From NCBI GenBank assembly GCA_965153355.1, contig OZ231126.1:12834001-12898000 (forward strand): DNA of 64,000 bases. Reading direction: 5' to 3'. Both the position numbers and the translations under genes were made by a program. Shown here piece by piece: positions 44,601 to 58,950 of this stretch (position 1 is its first letter; every line of letters begins with the position of its first letter). This stretch comes from Flaccisagitta enflata (Eukaryota). A model generated the notes under the pieces. It did not search any database. It was given only the letters and a program-made list of their open reading frames with translations, and was not told where the DNA came from.

Positions 44601-45177
44601 TGTCCAAAGTTAACAAATTTTCCAAAAAAATTGACTTTTTTACACCTGCTTCTACAGTCAATAAAAAAAATTTGGGGTCATATCGATCAAAAATTCATTT
44701 ACCATCAGCTAGAGCAGGAAAAACTCTTTAATTTGGTCACCAATTTCATGCAAATTGGTCTATCCAAAGCCAAAATATGTTGAAATCTGTGAAAAATGTC
44801 AAAATTGCCACTGAAATTGAGGCTGCAATTTTACCTCCATGAGCCTCATCTTTGAAATGCTCTCAAATCTTAACAAATGAAGATAGAAACATGCGGATTG
44901 CACCACTGGTTAGCTCTTGGGCTCTAGTTTTATAATCTCATGGATTTTGGGTCTTTTTTCTCAGGCCAAGTGACCCAATTTTGAGATTGAAATGACCTAA
45001 AAACAAGATTTGTACTACAGCCACCACTTTATGCGCATCAAAATTTGAAAAGAGCTGGTTGCAAAATCCATTCAAAAACCCCTTCATTGGCCCTGGGCCC
45101 TCTATTTGACTATATGGAATGCAAAAACCATCGGGATGGGGTTGTCAGATTGAATTTGGGGCAGAGTCTGCTATCTA
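41620..45177. mobile_element. 3,558-bp non-autonomous foldback element with 1,510-bp inverted arms and 8-bp TSD (hAT-like ends)
   Basis: TAGATAGCAGACTCTGCCCC...GGGGCAGAGTCTGCTATCTA termini; CTACCTAC at 41612-41619 and 45178-45185; arms 41620-43129 and 43668-45177; 570-bp tandem units (starts 41851, 42421, 42991; mirrored ends near 43806, 44376, 44946); no long ORF. Confidence 0.93.
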
Positions 45178-45702
45178 CTACCTACCGACCGACCAACCAA
45201 CCTACCAACCGACCGACCAACTTACCGACCAACCGACACGGCAAGTTGTAGTCGCGTGTTTGCGACTAAAAAGGGACTCAACAAAGAGTAGACCCAGGTT
45301 TACGACTTTTTTTCCATTTGCGATATCCGCCTTTATTCGTACAGTAATGTATATAGATAGTATCTTTATACATTACTGTACATATTCATCAATCAAGCTA
45401 CTGAATTAATAATCATGTCTGTCCAGCCTCGTTAATACATTACATCAACACAAAAAAAGCCTTTAGAGCGTTCTGACATATAGTCAAGTGTGGTACCATT
45501 TATTTCAATACTTTTTTTCTCAATCAATCAATATCTTTTTTTAATTCTGTCTTCTTTTTAATACTTTTTTTGTGCTCAAGTTCTCCACGCTGGTTGTTTT
45601 TGTCGGTCTAAAACAACCTTTTTTTTGTTTATCTCCAGTCTGTCTGTCTATCTGTATGCACATTTATCTCTCTCCCTCTCTCTCTATCTTCCTCTCTCTC
45701 TC

Positions 45703-45794
<92 letters not shown>

Positions 45795-46001
45795 CCATTT
45801 TTTTCCTCTCTCGTTCATTCACACAGTGAAGTGTTCCGCTATAATTTCTGCCAACGGCGGCTCCTTTGAGCTATTCACTTAATGTTTTTCTTGTATAATA
45901 ATTGATAAAGATAAATAAAATAGGGCGTATTAACAGCTTTCGTTTACATGATTCTCTTAATACTTCCTTTATTTGTGGGCTAACTCGAGACAGAAAAAAA
46001 T

Positions 46002-46130
<129 letters not shown>

Positions 46131-46815
46131 GAAAGAGAGTGAATGAAAGGGTCGACAAGTAAATTTCTTGAGTTTTCACTTTAGGGTCAACACAAGTCTT
46201 GAGTTGTTTCAGACTTGAATCAAATAACAAATAAGTTTTTTTTTCCAAATTCAAAATCAGGAAGAAAAAAGAAAGAGTTTCCGGGCTTGTTTTTCAATCT
46301 ATTCTAGAAAGCAATGATCAATGCAAGGACATTACAATAGTATTTAGTCAACGTGACGATTACTCATTCGTTTTTTGTCGAATTGCATGTGCACAACAGG
46401 TAGTTTGTTGCACCATGTGTCACTGAATCTCTTGCATTTCTAAATACCAAAACAGAATGCATTCATTTGCCATTTGCTATTTGTCAATCCAGCTGCAAAC
46501 AGATAAAAAAGAAATCTCATGTAACTAACGACTTTTTTCCTGTTTAAAGGAGAAACAAGAATGATTGTATCAAGGGTTTTCATAACATGAGCCAAATCTA
46601 TTAAAGCGTTGTATCAAAAAACCTGTAAATCTCCGTTTTGTTATATTTTTACTCGACAAAAGAAAATTGATTTTAGAATCGACTTAAAAAGTTTCGTTCA
46701 CGTTCGAATCAAGAGACTTCAGACTAAAGACTTTTTCACCTGCTTGGGACCTGGAATGTGTTGGAAAAATACTTTGAAGGCTCATAATCATTCATTCATC
46801 CGTTTATTCACAATA

Positions 46816-46989
46816 CAGTGGAGCACCGCTAGAGCGCACCCGCTAACAAGGCATGCCCGACTATAAGACATCTAACTTTCAGTCCCTTGAGAGATTTTGT
46901 AGTTATTTCTATATTGGCAATAAGGCAGCTTCATTATAAGGCATTATCTGGCCCAGTCCCTTGGCATGCGCTCTAGTGAAGCTCAACTG
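46816..46989. mobile_element. Short pogo/Tigger-like MITE (relatives near 4097, 5110-5185, 22555, 38350 and 50155-50333)
   Basis: TA-CAGTGGAGCACCGCTAGAGCGCA versus TGCGCTCTAGTGAAGCTCAACTG-TA. Confidence 0.7.
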
Positions 46990-47246
46990 TATGTATTTTC
47001 CTTCACATACATCAAAAGCCTCATTCAGCGTGAATTTGCCGATCAATCTCAGTACGAACATTCCTTTGAACAAAACTTGATTCTTTTAAATCAGTCTTAG
47101 TATGAACCTTACAACTCAACTTGATGATGATCTCGATAAAGGCACAAATTAAAAGAAAACCAAAATTCAAATTGAATAGAAATTCACCCCAGCCTTTCTT
47201 ACTTTGGTGCGTGCCGACACAACTGGAAAATGAAAATAGAAACGAG

Positions 47247-47716
<470 letters not shown>

Positions 47717-48123
47717 AGAGGAGAGAGCTCATCAAGCATTCAACATGGTTTCCTTATCATTTTCCTTTAAACTTGGTCACAATTCAAATTTCCTTACAAA
47801 TAGATATGAAATATGGCCACGGTAAATTCTGATTAACCAGGTAATAAAGTTGTTTTTGGAAATTTCCCACAATAAATTCTTACAATGAATGTCTCTGCAC
47901 AGGTGCAAGGTCTCAAATTTCGTGTCATCAAAGCCAACTTTAACCTCACTTGTTTTCTAATCAAATTTGGTTTTACAATAGTCCTGCACCTGGCAAATTC
48001 ATTGAACAGAATAATTCAAAATCAGTACCATAACTTTCTACTTCAGGATATCACTTAGGACGCTGTCACTAATTCAATGCTTATCTGATACATAAGATTG
48101 CAGAGAGAATGAGAGAGAGAGAA

Positions 48124-48220
<97 letters not shown>

Positions 48221-49562
48221 TCAACTGCGTGCGCTTTCAACTACGTGCGCTTTCAACTGCGTGCTACGCGACTGTAACCCTGCTCTGTCTGTCCGTCCAT
48301 CCATCGGTCGGTTGGTCCGTCACACTTTACTTTTTTTATTTTTGTGGTCTATGACCTCACTGCTCCTGCCCAAATACTCTAGTGACCTAGAATACAACCC
48401 CTGTCCACCCGCACGCGACTGGGGTAGCCGTGTATCCAGCCTTGTTCCACCTTATTTTGCTCTTACTCAAGTATTGGCTTTTTTTGCTCATGAGCTCATT
48501 TGCATTTTGCAGCAAATTTGTATTCTTCTTCTCCGCGTCAATTTCTAGTTAGAACTTTTGTTTCCTATGTATTTCTGTGCATGATGACGTCATCCCACTG
48601 TCATGAAACTTTCATGTTTCTGAAAATGACAATAACAACACATGCCCTCTACCAATAAAGACGAATCTTGTTGTAGGAAAAAAGTTGTAAATGCTGAAAT
48701 ACAGAAAGAGAGAGAGAGAGTGAGAGAGAGAGAGAGAGAGAGAGGGAGAGGAAAGAGAAAAAATATTAGTAAAAAATTGCATTGTCCACAATTTTCTCAT
48801 TTTTTACCAAGATTTTGTCAGAATTTAACAATATATTATCTAGGCATGCCTGCAGCTTGTATGAAAAGTGAAAAAATATCCCTCACTATAACCAAACTGA
48901 AATAAATGGGAGAGGGCCTTGTGAGCCCTCACTGACTAGTTAATACGCGCACCACTCCTAGTTTTCCATAAAACAGAATCTGAAAAACATTCCTTCTCAA
49001 TCTAACCCAAAAGCAAACAACTTACCAAAAGTAGTAAGGGCAATGATTGATACTTTTTTAACCAAAATTCAACAAATCACCTATTAAGAAACCATACCCT
49101 TAGAGGATAGAATCGAGGTCAAGCTTAATGCGACCGCCGGACATTCCAATCCAAGGTACTGAGTAGTGTGAAAAGTGAAACAATATCCCTCACTATATCC
49201 CTCACTATAAACCAACTGGCCAACTCGATCTATTGCCAGCATGAACAACTTTCCCCTAGGATGAACTTAATTTTATTCAATATCTCAAACATGAAAAAAA
49301 AGAAAAAAAAAGAAGATTGTTAAAATCACTCAAAAACTACTGATCGCACAGAGTTCTGCCTGGCACCATTTGAAAGAGAAAAAAAATCAATTTTCATATA
49401 GCTATCAATTTCATGTGTAGTCCCATTTGGCCCCTAAAAAAATCACCAACTTTCACAAACACCTTACCTTACCTTACCAGAAAAATAGAAAATTGGATTT
49501 CTCTGCAGATCTAAAAAAGTCGAAGGATTACGTTACTAAATCTAGCCTCAAACACACATATA

Positions 49563-50110
49563 CAGTCTGCGGACAAAACACAATAGGTATATATATCACT
49601 CCATTGGTTTTGATCCAACCCACTGATGTTGAACAGAAGGCTGTAAACAACAACTGGTTGTTGAAATTACAGCTGGCTGTTAAGCTACAAAGTTGGCAAA
49701 AATCCAACTTTCACCAAATAGAATAAGACCTGCAGATTCATAATCCTGATGAAATTCTGAGAAATTTGATATGTCACAACATATACTTTTATATGAAAAT
49801 AAAATTTTTTTATCAATGTTTAATTATAGTTTTTTATCAATGTTTAGTTATAATGCAATGTTAAAAAAAAATATTTCTTTTAAAAAGTGTTAAGTGTGAC
49901 ATATCAAACTTCTCAGAATCTCATCAGGATGATGAATCTGCAGGTTTCATTCTATTTAGTGAAAGTTGGATTTTTGCCAACTTTGTAACTTAACAGCCGG
50001 CTGTAATTTCAACAACCAGTTGTTGTTTTCAGCATTCTGTTCAACATCAGTGGGTTGGATCGAAACCAACGGAGTGATATATATACCTATTGTGTTTTGT
50101 CCGCTGACTG
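49563..50110. mobile_element. 548-bp palindromic Tc1-type MITE
   Basis: CAGTCTGCGGACAAAACAC / GTGTTTTGTCCGCTGACTG; ~215-bp arms, AT-rich spacer, TA flanks. Confidence 0.9.
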
Positions 50111-51207
50111 TATATGCATATTAAAGCAGAAAAGACCGCAAAAGAATGATGCTACAGTTACATCCCGCTCTAATGGATTTCAGTGAACTGAAAATTTTTT
50201 ATTGGTTTATGGTAGAATTCTGTTTTAGCCAATAGAGGACATAGAACAGAATAGGTTCAAGAGTCCAATTATTGATATCTGTTTTTGGTGGAATTCCGTT
50301 GAAAGCGGGTCAGTTGGAGCGGGGTTTAATTCCTATTTCATTGTCATAAGTTTTGGCGGTATAAACCTCACAGTTATGTCATCTTATATTTCATGAAAAT
50401 CCAACACGTATGCGCGTAACCATGCCTTTGCATAGATCTAGACATGCGAGCGCAGTCGCAAATGAATGGAAACGAACTACTAACTTGCATATTGCAGAAC
50501 ATAAAGGGCAACTATTGTCGGTCAAGGAATTTAAGTGAGAAGAAATTATTTTGTAAGGGCGCTATTTGCTGTACATTCTTGTGGTCATATACAAAAACAA
50601 GCGGCATTCTTTTGGCACTTTCAAATTGGTTATTAGACGAGCGAATTTTCATCATCTCCACGATCATAGCACAGCTCGTCCGAGACCCCGAGTCGGTTGA
50701 GGCAAAATTAGTGTTAAAAGCCCGTTGCACTAACAGTGGACTGGCGAAGACCGACAGAAGCAACTAGCAAATCAGTAACCGGGTAAACACAATTAGTAAG
50801 TCAATACGCGGAGGTGGAAGTAGCGGAAATCCATCTTAAACGGGCAAAAATCTTCACTTCCTCCATGTCACTTTCCCGCTGTCTTATAATGTCAAAAAAT
50901 ACATTTGGATGAGTCTCCATTGTTGTCCAAAGTAGTAAATCTGAAACAAAACGTGAGACATACTAATTTTCACTCCTCCCATTTGGACCACCGCCTCAGT
51001 TTCATTCGTATCCTCCCTCCTCCTCCTCCTCTTTCCTCTCCTTTACCACTTCCTCCTCCTTTTGGGGAGCGTCCCCAGAGGGGCAGATGACCTATGATTC
51101 CTCACAGGGTGATTTTCTCCAGTTTCCGTCCCCCTCCCCCCAGCCTCAAATCAGGCTCCCAGAACCCAAATCAAGCCACTCAGACGCCTAATCAGTCCTT
51201 TCAGATA

Positions 51208-51781
51208 CAGTAGATGTCGTCTAGACTTGGAAATACGGGGGAATTCATTACAGGAAGACAGATGAACCTAAGAGACTGATATTTGGAATATAAACTAATA
51301 AAAGGATGCTTTGTTGCCCATGGGTGTTGGTTGCCATGGAAACACATTTCCATGCATTTACGCTAAAGTATCAATATTTTTAGAAATTTTTTTAGGGAAC
51401 ATTGTTTAAAATAAAATTTGCTACAATTTTCTCACAGTATGTTCTGTAGGAATATCTGTTGTTTGGCGGTTGCTAGGGAGCATCACAGGGCTGTCACACA
51501 TAGTTACGCTCCCTAGCAACGGCTAAACGAGCGATATTCTTACAGAACATACTGTGGGAAAGTTGTAGCAAATTTTAATTTGAACAATGTTCCCTCAAAA
51601 AATTTCTTAAGATATTGATACTTTAGCGTGAATACATGGAAATGTGTTTCCATGGCAACCAACACCCATGGGCAATAAAGCATTCTTTTATTAGACTATA
51701 TTCAAAATATCAATCTCTTAAGTATATTTGTCTTCCTGCAATGAATTCCCCCGTATTTCCAAGTCTAGACGACATCTACTG
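51208..51781. mobile_element. 574-bp palindromic MITE, copy 2
   Basis: Same termini, length and spacer as 361-934; TA at 51206-51207 and 51782-51783; inserted in a minisatellite array. Confidence 0.92.
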
Positions 51782-52163
51782 TACCAAATCAAGTCCCTCA
51801 GACCCCGGATCAGGCTTCTTAGACCCCATATCAGGCCTCTTGTACCGCAAATCAGGCCTGTCAGACCCTATTTCAAGCCCCTGAGACCCCAAATGAGCCT
51901 TCCCAGATATCATATCAGACCTCTCAGATATAACTCGTGCCTTTCAGACCCCAAATTAGGTCTATCAGATCCCAAATTTGGCTTGTCAGACCTCAATTTA
52001 GGCCTCTCACACCCCAAATAAGGCCTCCCAGAACACAAATAAGGTCCCCTGGATTGAGGGCTGGGAGGGCATGTTTTAGGCCTTGATGGCAAATGGGGGG
52101 ACAGAAGGACGAATGGACGGACGGAAGGACGGACATCTGGATATTCCCACCTGTCTTCTACTG

Positions 52164-52272
52164 GAGGATATTCATGATAGGTACTTGAGTAAGTCTTAAG
52201 TAAGTCGCAAGTAAAAATTTCATACTTGAGACTTACTTAAGACTTACTCAAGTACCTATCGTGAATATCCTC
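52164..52272. mobile_element. 109-bp hairpin MITE (PIF/Harbinger-like, CWG flanks)
   Basis: GAGGATATTCATGATAGGTACTTGAGTAAGTCTTAAGTAAGTC pairs with GACTTACTTAAGACTTACTCAAGTACCTATCGTGAATATCCTC; flanked by CTG and CAG; interrupts the CTACAGGACATCGG motif that is intact at 16640 and 52787. Confidence 0.75.
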
Positions 52273-53254
52273 CAGGACATCGGCCCTTTGAAGCCACTGC
52301 CCAACAAGTCATCCAAGGATCGCACATGGTCAGCGGTACCCGATGCCCTGCTTGGAGTGATTAGCTGAAGAAGTGGAGTGAGAGCAGGGCAGCGGCCCCA
52401 AAGGACACAGGGGTGAATTTCCATACGTCCAAAGAGGGCATATTTGGGGTAATTTTCCGTGATATTCATTGGGAATTTTGGCCTGAAAGACTGGATTTAG
52501 GGTCCAAGAGGCTGGATTCGAGGCCCAAGAGGCTGGATTTGAGGCCTGAGAGGCTGGTTTTGAGGCTCAAGAGGCTGGATTTGAGGCCTGAGAGGCTGGA
52601 TTTGAGGCCTGAGAGGCTGGATTTGAGGCATGAGAGGCCAGATTTGAGGCCTTAGACGCCAGATCTGAGGCCTGAGAGGCTGGATTTGAGGCCTGAAAGG
52701 CTTGAGAAGCTTCGGAGGGGGGGGACGTACGTACGGACGGACGGACGGACGGACGGACGGATGTATGGAAATTCACCCCTGTGTCCTACAGGACATCGGC
52801 CCTTTGAAGCCACTGCCCAAAAAGCATTGCTCAATACTCGCTAAGCAATGCTTAAGCAATGCTCGTGAACATCCTTAAGGCCTCCCGCACCCCATTTCCA
52901 GCCTCTCAAACTCAACTGAGGTCTCCCAGACCCTAAATCAGCCCCCATAGGTCTCCCAGACCTAAAATCAGGCCTTCCAGACCCAAATTTACGCCTCTCA
53001 GAAAATGGCCCTGTGTGGAATTGTAGGTCATCTGCCCCTCTGGGGCCGCTGCCCCTCTCATCATCAAATCCCTAAATTATCTAACTTAAGGGCATTGGAT
53101 ACTGCTGACCATGTAAAGCTTTCGCTACTATTCTACTTTTGGGCAGCGGCTCCAGAGGGGTCGATGACCTATGCTTTCACACTTATGGGGAATTTTCTCC
53201 TTCTTCTCCTCCTTCTTGGCCCCCCCCCTACTTGTCAAATTCTAACAAATATTT

Positions 53255-54071
53255 CACGGCGTCCAGGAACAACCTATAGGTCGAAAAAAATGGTCAAGAC
53301 TCCTGACCTGGGAAAAAGTTTTTTTTTGATGCATTTGCTATCAATTTATGGTAAAAATTAAAAAATTGGCTTGGAAATATAAGATTCAAAGCTTAAAGAT
53401 AGCAAAAATGAAGCATCTTTATACATTTTTTTTATCAGAAATTAGAATTATAGCTTCAAGCTGTTTAAAGAATATCTGAAAAGTGTGGCAATAGTTGCTG
53501 TAATAATGCTTTTGCCTATTTGGTAAGTTTAGAGGGTTATTTTATAAAAAAATAGAATCAAAAAAACTATTTCAAACTATCAAATTGATTTTTTTCAGCT
53601 TATTTTCATAATTACTTCTTTAAAATTCTTGAAGACTATGAAAAGTGTATAAATATTGTTGAAATACACATGCTGGAATATAATCCAGCTAGTTTAAAGA
53701 AATATTTGATAGATTAGAGCTTAGAAATAGCAAGAAAATAACAAAAAACATTCATTTTACAACAGTTTTTGGCATTTCTTTTATTTGATTATTGGAAAAT
53801 CACTCTAAACAAACTGAAGTAGGTAAAAGCATTAGTGTAACCATTGTAGCCAAACTTTTCATACATTTCTACATACTTTTAGAAGCCATGAATACAATTT
53901 TTAATCTGAAATATGCTTAGAAATGCCTTTTTTGGCTATTATTTCTAAGCAGAATTTTTTTTTTACCATTAAAAAAAAAAAAATTTGTAGCTAATGCTCA
54001 GAAAAGACATTTCCCTAGGTCAGGAGTCTTGACCATTTTTTTAGACCTATGGTCTGTTCCTGGACGCCGTG
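53255..54071. mobile_element. ~817-bp non-autonomous element with CACGG...CCGTG termini (Chapaev/Transib-like ends)
   Basis: ~58-bp TIR CACGGCGTCCAGGAAC...GACTCCTGACCT; AT-rich interior; flanks ATTT/AAAT are not a direct TSD, so the superfamily is uncertain. Confidence 0.75.
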
Positions 54072-55093
54072 AAATTCTTCCAAATTTTGCTAATTTCTGG
54101 CAAATTTTGCCAAATTTTGTTAAATTCTGCCAAATTCAGCCAAATTCTTTCAAAATCTGCCAAATTCTGCCAAATTCTGCCAATTTCTGCCAATTTCTGC
54201 CAATTCCCCCCCCCCCAGCTTCAGGGTGGAGGAGGAGGAGGAGAAAATTCCTCATATGTGTGAAAGCATAGGTCATTGACCCCTTTGGGGCCGCTGCCCT
54301 GCACATAAACTCGATCTTAATCACAAACTACTATTATTTCACTAGGATGACTCACAATACATAGTTTATAATTGCCACGGTTTCTGTGACATGGCACATG
54401 TGGGTTGTAAGGGTTTACCATGCCAATACAAAAAAAATCCGCATTTTGGGGCAGGGGCCCCAAAGGGGATGAAGTCGTGTGGAACACAGGGGGACTTTCG
54501 TCCGTTCATCCCCTCTCGTGCACGAAATCTGCCCTCTCAGGCCTGAAATATGCCCTCACAGATTCGAGGCCATAGCTAAAATTCTACGTATTCCAAATCA
54601 ATTTCGATTTTGGGAAATTAAGGGCAATTTTCCATGAAGCTATCTTGAACCTTCCCTTGCCTATCATAGTGTAATTCCTATCAGGTCATTTCCTTACAAT
54701 TCTGATTACTTGTCTACTAAAACCCTGGCATTGATTTTGGCGTCCGAGGAACAACGTGAATCATGTTTCACCTGTAATCGGACTGGGTTACCATGCACCA
54801 GCAGCCCATTACCTTTCACTGGGCCTTTCCTTTCCACCTCTCCCACCTCTTGATTCACCCTCACATCCTCACCACCGCCTTTTCCTGGGCCACCCACTTT
54901 GAAAAAGGTCGCCCGCACAAACATAAAATCACTTTCAATTCAAATCCAACAAACGCAGATTGAAAATTTGTTAGGCAATGAAATTATTTAGGATAAAATT
55001 ATGCCGCCTCAGGAGCGCAACGGGTGCCCAGAATGTCTAAAGTGTTAGACCAACGTCGCGTGCGTCGGCAATCTCAGAAAAAATTGAGAGAGT

Positions 55094-55139
<46 letters not shown>

Positions 55140-55387
55140 GTCAGACAGTCAGACAGTCAGACAGTCAGACAGTCAGACAGACAGACAGACAGACAGACAG
55201 ACTAAAATCTTTTAAAAGGCCTTTGAATTAGCTATCTACTCTTACGTTCAGAAAGAAAAAAAAAACGCGGCAAAAGTCTGCAAAACAACATCGTGACGGA
55301 CAACCCAATGGACAGACCGAAGGATCGTCGGACCGACAGACTGAAAAGTGGCTTATAGAGTCGCGAAGCATGCGACCTAAATACAAA

Positions 55388-55473
<86 letters not shown>

Positions 55474-56175
55474 AACAGACAGACATGAAGAGAGAGATAG
55501 AAAGATAGAAACACACTGAGACTGAGAGACAAAGACGGTGACAGAGAAAGAGAAACAGAGACAGTTAAAGAGATAGAGAGACAGATAGTGAAAGAAGCCG
55601 AGTATAAAGAGAAAATTCGTCCTCACACAGGATGATCGTAAACTTCAAATATGTGTGAGAAAAGGTATTGTTTAATCATAAGAAGAAGTAAGAGTGAGAG
55701 GGGCCAATATGATGACACATACACAAACAAAGATGCAGGGATCGAAAAATAGTATTGTTTAATTATGCAAAGGTTGATTTCTTAGAAGTGAGAGTCAAAG
55801 GGACAGTGACAGTCGAAGTGAGAGTCTTAGAGGCAAGAGCCGTATTAGAGTGATACAAAGGCGAATTCAAACACAGACAAAGACACAGACGCAGCTACAT
55901 GCACAGACACAGACACAGACACAGCAAAAAGTTTTGAACAATCATTTCAAGTTTGATGACAAACGTGGGAATTACAACATGACAACATTGGTCATTCCAA
56001 GTTGCTTTGAATTTGATTAGTTAACTTTTGAACAGTCTTGTGATAATTTCTGAAGAGGGAATATTTCTTAAGAAATTTAAAGGCTTGTTATGATGGGTCA
56101 GAGCTCCAAGGCTCTTGTCCTTATTCTAGATATTGTAGAGTAGTAATGTTGTCCAACTTTCATACTACCATGGTT

Positions 56176-57042
56176 AATAGTCGCAAAAGCGTTAGATAGT
56201 AAGCGGTACCCGTTACCCCTGTAAGTGTGTGGATGTGTGATGGTGAGAGGGGTAGCGGCCCCAAAGGGGCCAATGACCTATGCTGTTTTTATTGTTTGAT
56301 ATTGTTTAATATTATTTTTCTTTTGCAAAAGATGCCCCTTAGTTTGTGAATATGAGAATGAAGTGGTGTTCTTATATAGTTAGTTTGTTGGATGGTTGGC
56401 AATTAGCCAAGTGACGGGTCTCAAGGCTGCAATTTGGGCCTATAGGTTAAGATTTGGGCCTTGGAGGCCGCAATTTGACCTTGGAGGCAGGAATTGGGGC
56501 CATGTGGCCGGATATTTAGCCTCAAGGCTGGATTCTGGGCTGTGAGGCTCGATTCTGAGCCTTGAGGCTGGATTTCAAGCTTTGAGGCTGAAATTTGAGG
56601 CTCGAAGCTGGAATATGAGCCTCACGGTTGGAATTTGAGCCTTGAGGCTGGAATTTGAGCCTCGAGGCTGGAATTTGAGCCTCGAGGCTGGATTTTTTGG
56701 CTTAAACGATAGACTTGAGAGTCAAGGGGGTAGATAGAGAAGCAGGAGAAGAGGAAGAAGTGGAGAAGCTGGAAAGGCTGGATTCTGGGCTTCAAGGCTC
56801 AATTTTGAGCCTTGAGGCTGGAATTTGAGCCTCAAGGCTTGAATTTGAGCCTTGAAGCTGGAATTTGAGCTTCAAAGCTGGAATATGAGCCTCGAGGCCG
56901 ACAATTGAGCCTCTAGGCTATATTTTGGGCTTTAAGGCTGGTCGAGGGGGTGGACGGAGAAGGAGGAGGAGAAGGAGAAGGAGGAGAATTTTCTCCTGTG
57001 TGAAAGCATAGGTCATCGGCCCCTTCGGAGCCGCTGCCCAAA
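56176..57042. mobile_element. HINE-like family D element, sister of 34960-36010
   Basis: Same AATAGTCGCAAAAGCGT start, AGCGGTACCCGTT, inverted pair and 20-bp GAGGCTGGAATTTGAGCCTC array. Confidence 0.75.
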
Positions 57043-57851
57043 TACCGGAGTAGAAGCAGTGGCAGCGGCAGCGGCAGTGGCAGTGGCAGCCTGAAAATCT
57101 CTTAATTCTGCATAAAAAAGATGGAGGCCGGAAGTCATTTACAACCATTTAAAACCATGTAATAAACTCTCTGACTCTTCTGACCTGCCTCCGTACAAAC
57201 CGATAGATTGAACAGGCGACTGAGGATGTCGTCACAGAATACCAATGAATAACTAAAACTGTATGACAATGTGGAATAAAGCTAATTCATGACAAGCTAA
57301 TTCATGATAAAGCTAATTCATGACAAACGCAAGGAGAAACGAAGGATCGTAAGATACTGAACAAGGCCAAAGAGGCCAATAAGGTGTGACGTGTTGATCG
57401 TCGAACGAATGCGTTACAGACCAACAGACAGACCGACCGACCAACGGACACAGCCAGTTATAGAGGTGCTTTGTCGCACCTAAAAAACGAGGTTTCTGAT
57501 AAGTTTGGGAAAAAACGAAAGCGCAGAAAGGGGGTCTTGGGACTAATCACATCCTGGCCACCCTTTCCAAATCCTTCCCTACCGCAACCCCCGCGTTCGC
57601 CTCCCCCCCCCCCATCCCGCATTTCATTAGTAAGTTATGTATGACGACTGCAGAAGCACAAGGGAGAAAGGCAACTACCGGAGAAAACAAAGAGATCTCG
57701 TAATATCTTTGTAAAAAAGTAGGCAAGAAAAAAGAGAGAGTGGAATATAAAGCCTTCAACATAAAAAGCAGAATGAGAGAAACGATTTTGTAGACTAAAA
57801 CATGCATAATGTATTAAGGAGGCGTTATTAAGAAGAAAGTAAGAAAGAGGT

Positions 57852-58950
<1,099 letters not shown>

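Larger units (their letters stand above)
51060..54300. mobile_element. Composite pile of family D HINE-like elements (51060-52302, 52303-52823, 53137-54300) with three nested MITEs
   Basis: Repeated GGGCAGCGGC / GCCGCTGCCC-type ends, 20-21-bp and 10-bp (CAAATTCTGC) minisatellites, (GACG)n tracts. Confidence 0.7.

Noticed and set aside
50444-50767. 107-aa ORF in unique sequence
   Set aside because: No recognisable domain or convincing splice sites in either direction.
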